DNA of 64,000 nucleotides from Euprymna scolopes (Eukaryota): NCBI GenBank assembly GCA_053919585.1, contig CM132805.1; one strand, 5' to 3'. Shown piece by piece: positions 50,538 to 64,000 of this stretch (position 1 is its first letter; each line of letters starts with the position of its first letter). The notes under the pieces were generated by a model. It saw only the letters and a program-made list of their open reading frames with translations, ran no database searches and was not told where the DNA came from. The position numbers and the translations under genes were made by a program.

Positions 50538-50815
50538 ACACACCGGTTCCCGTCAGATCACCAAAGTTAAGCAACGTTGAGTCTGACTAGTACTCGATGG
50601 GTGACCATTTGCGAATTCTAGGCGCTGTATGCGTTTTCCGCTTATCTCGGCATTGTTTCCAGTCATCCTGAACCTCCATTTGCCACTGGTATTCAACAAT
50701 ATCGACTCAGGAGAGGTGTGGTTAGAGATTGTGCAATTCTTGCCACAAAAATTTTACAAACAGGCACCTTTACCGTGGGTATTCACAGTCTGTCAAGACT
50801 GAAGGAAGCCTTTTT
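50538..50815 (+). mobile_element. 5S rRNA-derived SINE-like repeat or 5S pseudogene, copy C
   Basis: acaccggttcccgtcagatcaccaaagttaagcaacgttgagtctgactagtactcgatgggtgacc matches 5S rRNA including the box A/IE/box C region; about 20 nt of the 5' end are missing. Confidence 0.8.
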
Positions 50816-51130
50816 TATGTCTGCCAAAAATTTTGACGGGGGCGACGAATTTTCACGAGATCTGTATCGTTTTGAAAACAACCCTTCGGACGAAAAATAT
50901 CGAAAAAATGGCTAAAAATATTAATTCCTTCACCCTCAACTGGGAACTTTTCTACAATATCGCTTATATTTTCGAAAGTCATCCCTTCTCTTCGATTGAC
51001 TAGCCTTAATTGAAACCTTCGCCACTTCCGGTTTGGCGATAAACGTAACGTCAAAGACGTCACTTTTTTGTTGTTTTTTACGTTCTTTTCCCCCATTTGC
51101 GATACGGGCTTAAGCCTGCCTGCCTACTAC

Positions 51131-51165
<35 letters not shown>

Positions 51166-51554
51166 CCAACACACAACTCCAAACACCAGGTACCCAGGCT
51201 AGTTTATGACTGAAATGCAAAATTAATTTCAATTAATATTTTACACGTAGTATCGTGTTTTTTTTGGTTTTTTTTTGCATTAAATATTCGAAACAAGGCT
51301 TGATATACCGTAAACATTAAACTAATTCTTTATATGCACACATAACTCTTTATATTCATATCTAATATATAACGTAAAGCTGATCTCTTTTACAAATCAA
51401 ATATTTTTATTAATAGTTTTCTTCCTAAAAATTAATATTTGCGTTCTTGGCTTATTTGTGGAACGTTGATCCATGCTATTATATTTTTTAAAAGTAACTT
51501 ATTACATAAATAGTGGCATCTACCTTTATTTATTTATTTTATTTTTTTATTTTA

Positions 51555-51990
51555 TTTTTTTTTTTTTTACAAGGGAGTCACTACTTATCAAGGCCCGGGG
51601 GTCAGTGTAAAATAAGAGTAAATGAATCTAAGTTGGAAGAGTAGTAATCATTAATGGTGTAGATTGGGTAGAATTTGGATTATTTAAGAGGGTGGCTTAA
51701 CAAGAACTTGTTTACATTGGACTTGAAGGCTACTATATTGTAATCGGCTAGGAAGCATGCCAACGAAACAGTGTTCCACAGGCGTGCAGCCCTAGGAAAC
51801 AAGCTTTGTTGATAGAATCTTCGTTTAGATTTATGCACAGATAGAGAATGGGGGGATTGCTGATATTGATTGTAGCTAGTCGCCCAGATATAGATACAGT
51901 ATTCCATTCTAGAACGTACTTGGCTTTTATACAGGTAGAATAATTCAACCATTTTTCCAGTGATCTTGGCAACAGATTTAATGTATGTTC
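51555..51990 (-). mobile_element. Family 1 LINE, counterpart of 4755-5422 with internal deletions
   Basis: Same flanks and tail as in copy A. Confidence 0.85.
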
Positions 51991-52754
51991 TCCGTCATCC
52001 AAAATACAAGACTTAGTAATTTGTTGTCCTAATGCTAATTTTTATCATTATTTTATTGATCTATAAAATGTTTCACAAGGAAAAATTTTTTATCATAATA
52101 TCCGGAGATATATAAATCTTTACCCCCAAGACTATGTGTAAAGTAGCAGTTGCTGTTAACTGTATTCTGTTCAACAAAATACACATAAAGAAATCGATGT
52201 TACATCGACCGAAACTTTGTGAAGATGACTCTCAAGATAAGAATAGTAGTCCAAATGATCCAAATAATATGAATATTTATGTTGTATCAATATTTTAATT
52301 TAAAAAGTAAGTTTAATATATGATTGTGACAATACCCCTAGATGTATGATTGTGTTCATAGAATTGAATATACGAATACGATTGTTAAAATAGCTCTGAA
52401 TACATGATTGTGACAACGGACGTGAATAGATGAAAATAATGAATAATTAATTAGTGAACACGTAAAAATATTTCTGAAATATGGTTGTAATAATATTGCT
52501 GAATGTATCACATTAGACCTAAATATATAATTGTGACAATTATCCATGAATGCATTATTATGAAAAAAATGATCAACACTCAGCCTCCCCAAGATCCCAG
52601 TTCTCTTTGCGCTTGTCCAGCCGAGGTCTGGTTGGCGCTCGCTCCTCTGTCTTTCAGTCCTTATTGCCCCTTCTCGGCCCTTTGGTATCACTTTCTTATT
52701 GGGGGGGGGGGAACAGTGATGAACCAATGAGGGGATGCATGATGGGAGGAACCT

Positions 52755-52835
52755 ACATCTGCCCATCACCTATTAGTCATTTACATCTATATAACATTCC
52801 AAAGTGCTTCAACTCCATAGAATACCCATACCGCT
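52755..52835 (+). pseudogene. Copy C exon 3 (ICPSPISHLHLYNIPKCFNSIEYPYR), acceptor lost
   Basis: 81 nt colinear with 9000-9080. The gtaagt donor is kept, the upstream acceptor is replaced by the 52582-52745 repeat, and the third Cys is changed to Tyr. Confidence 0.8.
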
Positions 52836-53001
52836 GTAAGTATAAACAATTGAATATAAAAATAAAAACATTTTATTATAAAAGAGAATTGTTATTTGCT
52901 TGAACTTTTGATGGTAAATATGTTGGCATAGAAAAACAATACTAACCCACTTCCCTACAATAATAACAATAACCTCTCTCTCATTTCCCTCTGTCTTGTC
53001 A

Positions 53002-53040
<39 letters not shown>

Positions 53041-53476
53041 CATCCATTCTTTACTTCCTCTTTTTCCTTATTCTCTTTCATTTTCTTCTTGATCTCTTAA
53101 TCATTTACTAGTATTACATAGTAGGCAACAGAAGGAGGAAGAGGAGGAGGAGGCGGGGAGGAGGATGCGCCAGAGCTTAACATGCTCTGACGGGGTCGGT
53201 TTAGAGAGAGCAGTATGATGTTGGAAGACCCAAAACTGCTCAATGACCAATAACATCACTGACGACACGGTTCAGCACAAAAAAGAGGGTTAAAGTGCGT
53301 ATGTTCAGAGGACGGGATCGCCAGTGATCCGTTGGGTCAGTACTTATATAGGTATTTTCATAGATATATGCTTTCTTTCATCACACCTTTTTTATCTTGC
53401 ATCTTTTTCCTCTCCGTTTCTCTCTCCTTTCCCTTTCCTCTTCACCTTTTTATTTCTCTCTCTCTCTCTCTCTCTC

Positions 53477-53510
<34 letters not shown>

Positions 53511-54358
53511 TATCCATATCTGCATACTTATTTGCGCTATTGAATTCCTCTCACTGCTTCTTTAATCACTCCCTTTTTATTTACGTTTTTACCCCTTCCT
53601 CCCACCATCTAATACGTTCATTAACAACCTAATTGTGCACATTGACAAGCAAACACAATAAAACATCATCATCAAAATATAAATACTTTATACGGATTTA
53701 TTAAAAAGTTAACCGGAAGTGAAACAATGGAAAGGGTTCTTTTCATTTTTGTTTTGTTTCATTCTTTTTTTTTTCTGTATCCTATTTTGATGATGTATTT
53801 TTTATACTCTCCATAAAAGAATTCCATGTGCATATATAACAGTTTCTTCACAATTGCTTCCCATCTGTGAAACACAGTACGGTAAACTACTTCTCTATAA
53901 ACTACAAGGAGATCGTCTTCAAACCCAATGTCAACAAATACTTATAATAAACCGCTCTCACGAGCAATCAACGTTTGTTCTTTCACGTTCAAGGGGAATT
54001 GTTTGAACGACACATAATGGTTGGTGATGAGGATGCAAGAACACGAGTTCTATAAAACAACGACCGAAAAATATGCGAGAAATAATTTACCTGGAATAAT
54101 AAGACTACGTATTGCGCGCCAAATAAAGCTATCAAACTCATTCACACATATCACGTGATCATGTATATCGCATGAACGTACATATGGCGTAGTGATTTTT
54201 ACTAGATTATGGTGATAAGGTCAGCAGTCTTTTCACCACTTCTTTTAAGTACTATTTTCAGCTGACCATCCAACAATTGTCTGCATTGTTTTCAGTCCTT
54301 TCATAATATTCTGCATTTATCTTATTAATCCGTATCATCGAATGGCTTTCGAGCTTGA

Positions 54359-57300
54359 TTAATGATGACATTAATAATGATGTACTACTACATTGGAATT
54401 TGATGATGGCATTAATAATGATGTACTACTACATTGGAATTTGATGATGACATTAATAATGATGTACTACTACATTGGAATTTGATGATGACATTAATAA
54501 TGATGTACTACTACATTGGAATTTGATGATGACATTAATAATGATGTACTACTACATTGGAATTTGATGATGACATTAATAATGATGTACTACTACATTG
54601 GAATTTGATGATGACATTAATAATGATGTTCTACTACACTGGAATTTGATGATGACATTAATAATGATGTACTACTACATTGGAATTTGATGATGACATT
54701 AATAATGATGTTCTACTACACTGGAATTTGATGATGACATTAATAATGATGTACTACTACATTGGAATTTGATGATGACATTAATAATGATGTACTACTA
54801 CACTGGAATTTGATGATGACATTAATAATGATGTACTACTACATTGGAATTTGATGATGACATTAATAATGATGTACTACTACATTGGAATTTGATGATG
54901 ACATTAATAATGATGTACTACTACATTGGAATTTGATGATGACATTAATAATGATGTACTACTACACTGGAATGTGATGATGACATTAATAATGATGTAC
55001 TACTACATTGGAATTTGATAATGACATTAATAATGATGTACTACTACATTGGAATTTGATGATGACATTAATAATGATGTTCTACTACACTGGAATTTGA
55101 TGATGACATTAATAATGATGTACTACTACATTGGAATTTGATGATGACATTAATAATGATGTACTACTACATTGGAATTTGATGATGAGATTAATAATGA
55201 TGTACTACTACATTGGAATTTGATGATGACATTAATAATGATGTACTACTACACTGGAATTTGATGATGACATTAATAATGATGTACTACTACATTGGAA
55301 TTTGATGATGACATTAATAATGATGTACTACTACATTGGAATTTGATAATGACATTAATAATGATGTACTACTACATTGGAATTTGATGATGACATTAAT
55401 AATGATGTACTACTACATTGGAATTTGATGATGACATTAATAATGATGTACTACTACATTGGAATTTGATGATGACATTAATAATGATGTACTACTACAT
55501 TGGAATTTGATAATGACATTAATAATGATGTACTACTACACTGGAATTTGATGATGACATTAATAATGATGTACTACTACATTGGAATTGGATAATGACA
55601 TTAATAATGATGTACTACTACATTGGAATTTGATGATGACATTAATAATGATGTACTACTACATTGGAATTTGATGATGACATTAATAATGATGTACTAC
55701 TACATTGGAATTTGATAATGACATTAATAATGATGTACTACTACACTGGAATTTGATGATGACATTAATAATGATGTACTACTACACTGGAATTTTATGA
55801 TGACATTAATAATGATGTACTACTACATTGGTATTTGATGATGACATTAATAATGATGTACTACTACATTGGAATTTGATGATGACATTAATAATGATGT
55901 ACTACTACATTGGAATTTGATGATGACATTAATAATGATGTACTACTACATTGGAATTTGATGATGACATTAATAATGATGTACTACTACACTGGAATTT
56001 GATGATGACATTAATAATGATGTTCTACTACACTGGAATTTGATGATGACATTAATAATGATGTACTACTACACTGGAATTTGATGATGACATTAATAAT
56101 GATGTACTACTACATTGGAATTTGATGATGACATTAATAATGATGTACTACTACATTGGAATTTGATGATGACATTAATAATGATGTACTACTACATTGG
56201 AATTTGATGATGACATTAATAATGATGTACTACTACATTGGAATTTGATGATGACATTAATAATGATGTACTACTACACTGGAATTTGATGATGACATTA
56301 ATAATGATGTTCTACTACATTGGAATTTGATGATGACATTAATAATGATGTACTACTACATTGGAATTTGATGATGACATTAATAATGATGTACTACTAC
56401 ATTGGAATTTGATGATGACATTAATAATGATGTACTACTACATTGGAATTTGATGATGACATTAATAATGATGTACTACTACATTGGAATTTGATGATGA
56501 CATTAATAATGATGTACTACTACACTGGAATTTGATGATGACATTAATAATGATGTACTACTACATTGGAATTTGATGATGACATTAATAATGATGTACT
56601 ACTACATTGGAATTTGATGATGACATTAATAATGATGTACTACTACACTGGAATTTGATGATGACATTAATAATGATGTACTACTACATTGGAATTTGAT
56701 GATGACATTAATAATGATGTACTACTACACTGGAATTTGATGATGACATTAATAATGATGTTCTACTACATTGGAATTTGATGATGACATTAATAATGAT
56801 GTACTACTACATTGGAATTTGATGATGACATTAATAATGATGTACTACTACATTGGAATTTGATGCTGACATTAATAATGATGTACTACTACACTGGAAT
56901 TTGATGATGACATTAATAATGATGTTCTACTACATTGGAATTTGATGATGACATTAATAATGATGTACTACTACATTGGAATTTGATGATGACATTAATA
57001 ATGATGTACTACTACATTGGAATTTGATGATGACATTAATAATGATGTACTACTACATTGGAATTTGATGATGACATTAATAATGATGTACTACTACATT
57101 GGAATTTGATGATGACATTAATAATGATGTACTACTACACTGGAATTTGATGATGACATTAATAATGATGTACTACTACATTGGAATTTGATGATGACAT
57201 TAATAATGATGTACTACTACATTGGAATTTGATGATGACATTAATAATGATGTACTACTACACTGGAATTTGATGATGACATTAATAATGATGTACTACT

Positions 57301-60300
57301 ACATTGGAATTTGATGATGACATTAATAATGATGTACTACTACATTGGAATTTGATGATGACATTAATAATGATGTACTACTACATTGGAATTTGATGAT
57401 GACATTAATAATGATGTACTACTACATTGGAATTTGATGATGACATTAATAATGATGTACTACTACATTGGAATTTGATGATGACATTAATAATGATGTA
57501 CTACTACATTGGAATTTGATGATGACATTAATAATGATGTACTACTACATTGGAATTTGATGATGACATTAATAATGATGTTCTACTACATTGGAATTTG
57601 ATGATGACATTAATAATGATGTACTACTACATTGGAATTTGATGATGACATTAATAATGATGTACTACTACACTGGAATTTGATGATGACATTAATAATG
57701 ATGTACTACTACATTGGAATTTGATGATGACATTAATAATGATGTACTACTACACTGGAATTTGATGATGACATTAATAATGATGTACTACTACATTGGA
57801 ATTTGATGATGACATTAATAATGATGTACTACTACATTGGAATTTGATGATGACATTAATAATGATGTACTACTACATTGGAATTTGATGATGACATTAA
57901 TAATGATGTACTACTACATTGGAATTTGATGATGACATTAATAATGATGTACTACTACATTGGAATTTGATGATGACATTAATAATGATGTACTACTACA
58001 CTGGAATTTGATGATGACATTAATAATGATGTTCTACTACATTGGAATTTGATGATGACATTAATAATGATGTACTACTACATTGGAATTTGATGATGAC
58101 ATTAATAATGATGTACTACTACATTGGAATTTGATGATGACATTACTAATGATGTACTACTACATTGGAATTTGATGATGACATTAATAATGATGTACTA
58201 CTACACTGGAATTTGATGATGACATTAATAATGATGTACTACTACATTGGAATTTGATAATGACATTAATAATGATGTACTACTACATTGGAATTTGATG
58301 ATGACATTAATAATGATGTACTACTACATTGGAATTTGATGATGACATTAATAATGATGTACTACTACATTGGAATTTGATGATGACATTAATAATGATG
58401 TACTACTACATTGGAATTTGATGATGACATTAATAATGATGTACTACTACATTGGAATTTGATGATGACATTAATAATGATGTACTACTACATTGGAATT
58501 TGATGATGACATTAATAATGATGTACTACTACACTGGAATTTGATGATGACATTAATAATGATGTACTACTACACTGGAATTTGATGATGACATTAATAA
58601 TGATGTACTACTACACTGGAATTTTATGATGACATTAATAATGATGTACTACTACATTGGAATTTGATGATGACATTAATAATGATGTACTACTACACTG
58701 GAATTTGATGATGACATTAATAATGATGTACTACTACACTGGAATTTGATGATGACATTAATAATGATGTACTACTACACTGGAATTTGATGATGACATT
58801 AATAATGATGTACTACTACACTGGAATTTGATGATGACATTAATAATGATGTACTACTACATTGGAATTTGATGATGACATTAATAATGATGTACTACTA
58901 CATTGGAATTTGATGATGACATTAATAATGATGTACTACTACACTGGAATTTGATGATGACATTAATAATGATGTACTACTACATTGGAATTTGATGATG
59001 ACATTAATAATGATGTACTACTACATTGGAATTTGATGATGACATTAATAATGATGTACTACTACATTGGAATTTAATGATGACATTAATAATGATGTAC
59101 TACTACACTGGAATTTGATGATGACATTAATAATGATGTACTACTACATTGGAATTTGATGATGACATTAATAATGATGTACTACTACACTGGAATTTGA
59201 TGATGACATTAATAATGATGTACTACTACATTGGAATTTGATGATGACATTAATAATGATGTACTACTACATTGGAATTTGATGATGACATTAATAATGA
59301 TGTACTACTACACTGGAATTTGATAATGACATTAATAATGATTTACTACTACATTGGAATTTGATAATGACATTAATAATGATGTACTACTACATTGGAA
59401 TTTGATGATGACATTAATAATGATGTACTACTACATTGGAATTTGATAATGACATTAATAATGATGTACTACTACATTGGAATTTGATAATGACATTAAT
59501 AATGATGTACTACTACATTGGAATTTGATGATGACATTAATAATGATGTACTACTACATTGGAATTTGATGATGACATTAATAATGATGTACTACTACAT
59601 TGGAATTTGATGATGACATTAATAATGATGTACTACTACATTGGAATTTGATAATGACATTAATAATGATGTACTACTACATTGGAATTTGATAATGACA
59701 TTAATAATGATGTACTACTACATTGGAATTTGATGATGACATTAATAATGATGTACTACTACATTGGAATTTGATGATGACATTAATAATGATGTACTAC
59801 TACATTGGAATTTGATGATGACATTAATAATGATGTACTACTACATTGGAATTTGATGATGACATTAATAATGATGTACTACTACATTGGAATTTGATAA
59901 TGACATTAATAATGATGTACTACTACATTGGAATTTGATGATGACATTAATAATGATGTACTACTACACTGGAATTTGATGATGACATTAATAATGATGT
60001 ACTACTACATTGGAATTTGATGATGACATTAATAATGATGTACTACTACATTGGAATTTTATGATGACATTAATAATGATGTACTACTACATTGGAATTT
60101 GATGATGACATTAATAATGATGTACTACTACATTGGAATTTGATGATGACATTAATAATGATGTACTACTACACTGGAATTTGATAATGACATTAATAAT
60201 GATGTACTACTACATTGGAATTTGATGATGACATTAATAATGATGTACTACTACATTGGAATTTGATGATGACATTAATAATGATGTACTACTACATTGG

Positions 60301-63300
60301 AATTTGATGATGACATTAATAATGATGTACTACTACATTGGAATTTGATGATGACATTAATAATGATGTACTACTACACTGGAATTTGATAATGACATTA
60401 ATAATGATGTACTACTACACTGGAATTTGATGATGACATTAATAATGATGTACTACTACATTGGAATTTGATGATGACATTAATAATGATGTACTACTAC
60501 ATTGGAATTTGATGATGACATTAATAATGATGTACTACTACATTGGAATTTGATGATGACATTAATAATGATGTACTACTACATTGGAATTTGATGATGA
60601 CATTAATAATGATGTACTACTACATTGGAATTTGATGATGACATTAATAATGATGTACTACTACACTGGAATTTGATGATGACATTAATAATGATGTTCT
60701 ACTACATTGGAATTTGATGATGACATTAATAATGATGTACTACTACATTGGAATTTGATGATGACATTAATAATGATGTACTACTACATTGGAATTTGAT
60801 GATGACATTAATAATGATGTACTACTACACTGGAATTTGATGATGACATTAATAATGATGTACTACTACATTGGAATTTGATGATGACATTAATAATGAT
60901 GTACTACTACACTGGAATTTGATGATGACATTAATAATGATGTACTACTACATTGGAATTTGATGATGACATTAATAATGATGTACTACTACACTGGAAT
61001 TTGATGATGACATTAATAATGATGTACTACTACATTGGAATTTGATGATGACATTAATAATGATGTACTACTACATTGGAATTTGATGATGACATTAATA
61101 ATGATGTACTACTACATTGGAATTTGATGATGACATTAATAATGATGTACTACTACACTGGAATTTGATGATGACATTAATAATGATGTTCTACTACATT
61201 GGAATTTGATGATGACATTAATAATGATGTACTACTACATTGGAATTTGATGATGACATTAATAATGATGTACTACTACATTGGAATTTGATGATGACAT
61301 TACTAATGATGTACTACTACATTGGAATTTGATGATGACATTAATAATGATGTACTACTACACTGGAATTTGATGATGACATTAATAATGATGTACTACT
61401 ACATTGGAATTTGATAATGACATTAATAATGATGTACTACTACATTGGAATTTGATGATGACATTAATAATGATGTACTACTACATTGGAATTTGATGAT
61501 GACATTAATAATGATGTACTACTACATTGGAATTTGATGATGACATTAATAATGATGTACTACTACATTGGAATTTGATGATGACATTAATAATGATGTA
61601 CTACTACATTGGAATTTGATGATGACATTAATAATGATGTACTACTACATTGGAATTTGATGATGACATTAATAATGATGTACTACTACACTGGAATTTG
61701 ATGATGACATTAATAATGATGTACTACTACACTGGAATTTGATGATGACATTAATAATGATGTACTACTACACTGGAATTTTATGATGACATTAATAATG
61801 ATGTACTACTACATTGGAATTTGATGATGACATTAATAATGATGTACTACTACACTGGAATTTGATGATGACATTAATAATGATGTACTACTACACTGGA
61901 ATTTGATGATGACATTAATAATGATGTACTACTACACTGGAATTTGATGATGACATTAATAATGATGTACTACTACACTGGAATTTGATGATGACATTAA
62001 TAATGATGTACTACTACATTGGAATTTGATGATGACATTAATAATGATGTACTACTACATTGGAATTTGATGATGACATTAATAATGATGTACTACTACA
62101 CTGGAATTTGATGATGACATTAATAATGATGTACTACTACATTGGAATTTGATGATGACATTAATAATGATGTACTACTACATTGGAATTTGATGATGAC
62201 ATTAATAATGATGTACTACTACATTGGAATTTAATGATGACATTAATAATGATGTACTACTACACTGGAATTTGATGATGACATTAATAATGATGTACTA
62301 CTACATTGGAATTTGATGATGACATTAATAATGATGTACTACTACACTGGAATTTGATGATGACATTAATAATGATGTACTACTACATTGGAATTTGATG
62401 ATGACATTAATAATGATGTACTACTACATTGGAATTTGATGATGACATTAATAATGATGTACTACTACACTGGAATTTGATAATGACATTAATAATGATT
62501 TACTACTACATTGGAATTTGATAATGACATTAATAATGATGTACTACTACATTGGAATTTGATGATGACATTAATAATGATGTACTACTACATTGGAATT
62601 TGATAATGACATTAATAATGATGTACTACTACATTGGAATTTGATAATGACATTAATAATGATGTACTACTACATTGGAATTTGATGATGACATTAATAA
62701 TGATGTACTACTACATTGGAATTTGCTGATGACATTAATAATGATGTACTACTACATTGGAATTTGATGATGACATTAATAATGATGTACTACTACATTG
62801 GAATTTGATAATGACATTAATAATGATGTACTACTACATTGGAATTTGATAATGACATTAATAATGATGTACTACTACATTGGAATTTGATGATGACATT
62901 AATAATGATGTACTACTACATTGGAATTTGATGATGACATTAATAATGATGTACTACTACATTGGAATTTGATGATGACATTAATAATGATGTACTACTA
63001 CATTGGAATTTGATGATGACATTAATAATGATGTACTACTACATTGGAATTTGATAATGACATTAATAATGATGTACTACTACATTGGAATTTGATGATG
63101 ACATTAATAATGATGTACTACTACACTGGAATTTGATGATGACATTAATAATGATGTACTACTACATTGGAATTTGATGATGACATTAATAATGATGTAC
63201 TACTACATTGGAATTTGATGATGACATTAATAATGATGTACTACTACATTGGAATTTGATGATGACATTAATAATGATGTACTACTACATTGGAATTTGA

Positions 63301-64000
63301 TGATGACATTAATAATGATGTACTACTACACTGGAATTTGATAATGACATTAATAATGATGTACTACTTCATTGGAATTTGATGATGACATTAATAATGA
63401 TGTACTACTACATTGGAATTTGATGATGACATTAATAATGATGTACTACTACATTGGAATTTGATGATGACATTAATAATGATGTACTACTACATTGGAA
63501 TTTGATGATGACATTAATAATGATGTACTACTACACTGGAATTTGATAATGACATTAATAATGATGTACTACTACACTGGAATTTGATGATGACATTAAT
63601 AATGATGTACTACTACATTGGAATTTGATGATGACATTTATAATGATGTACTACTACACTGGAATTTGATGATGACATTAATAATGATGTACTACTACAC
63701 TGGAATTTGATGATGACATTAATAATGATGTACTACTACATTGGAATTTGATGATGACATTAATAATGATGTACTACTACACTGGAATTTGATGATGACA
63801 TTAATAATGATGTACTACTACATTGGAATTTGATGATGACATTAATAATGATGTACTACTACATTGGAATTTGATGATGACATTAATAATGATGTACTAC
63901 TACATTGGAATTTGATGATGACATTAATAATGATGTACTACTACATTGGAATTTGATGATGACATTAATAATGATGTACTACTACACTGGAATTTGATGA
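54359..64000. repeat. 41-bp satellite ttgatgatgacattaataatgatgtactactaca(t/c)tggaat, about 235 units, running off the window
   Basis: Period of 41 read directly; very homogeneous; no spacers. Confidence 0.98.

Noticed and set aside
52550-52903. 117-aa ORF as a single-exon gene
   Set aside because: A chance fusion of an interspersed repeat, exon 3 of copy C and intron sequence.
54359-64000. 41-bp, 31-bp or 19-bp arrays as CRISPR
   Set aside because: Head-to-tail units with no unique spacers, no cas genes and a eukaryotic context.

Overview
AT-rich, repeat-dense eukaryotic scaffold, probably from an invertebrate animal, with eight short N gaps. The ORF track shows only transposon debris, but reading for splice signals reveals a tandemly triplicated locus (copy A ~0.9-16 kb, copy B ~16.5-46 kb, copy C ~46 kb to the end). 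It encodes a family of small secreted cysteine-rich, WAP-like peptides built from tiny phase-1 exons: a signal exon of 43-52 nt, a 24-27 nt micro-exon, an 81-nt exon, a 68-nt exon ending in TAG|gt, and a non-coding last exon. Copy A is intact from exon 2 on (predicted mature peptide RYPHVCPPPNGHLSMHNTQRCSSSFDCQYPFMICCKYGGSFYGYCMPSWPLS); its exon 1 probably lies left of the window. Copy B lacks the 81-nt exon but stays in frame, giving a CC-x4-C-x4-C peptide. Copy C looks pseudogenised. Coding exons are more diverged between copies than adjacent introns, mostly by non-synonymous change, as in toxin or defence peptide families. Two tandem arrays (31 bp and 41 bp) have unexpanded single-copy seeds visible in copy A, and a 19-bp array sits inside an older 28-bp repeat. 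Also present: CR1/L2-type LINE fragments, DD37D mariner remnants, Gypsy and Copia remnants, 5S-derived SINE-like repeats, a tRNA-like retrozyme with a hammerhead ribozyme, Penelope-type hammerhead remnants and a parvovirus-like PLA2 fragment. All calls are by eye; no searches were run.
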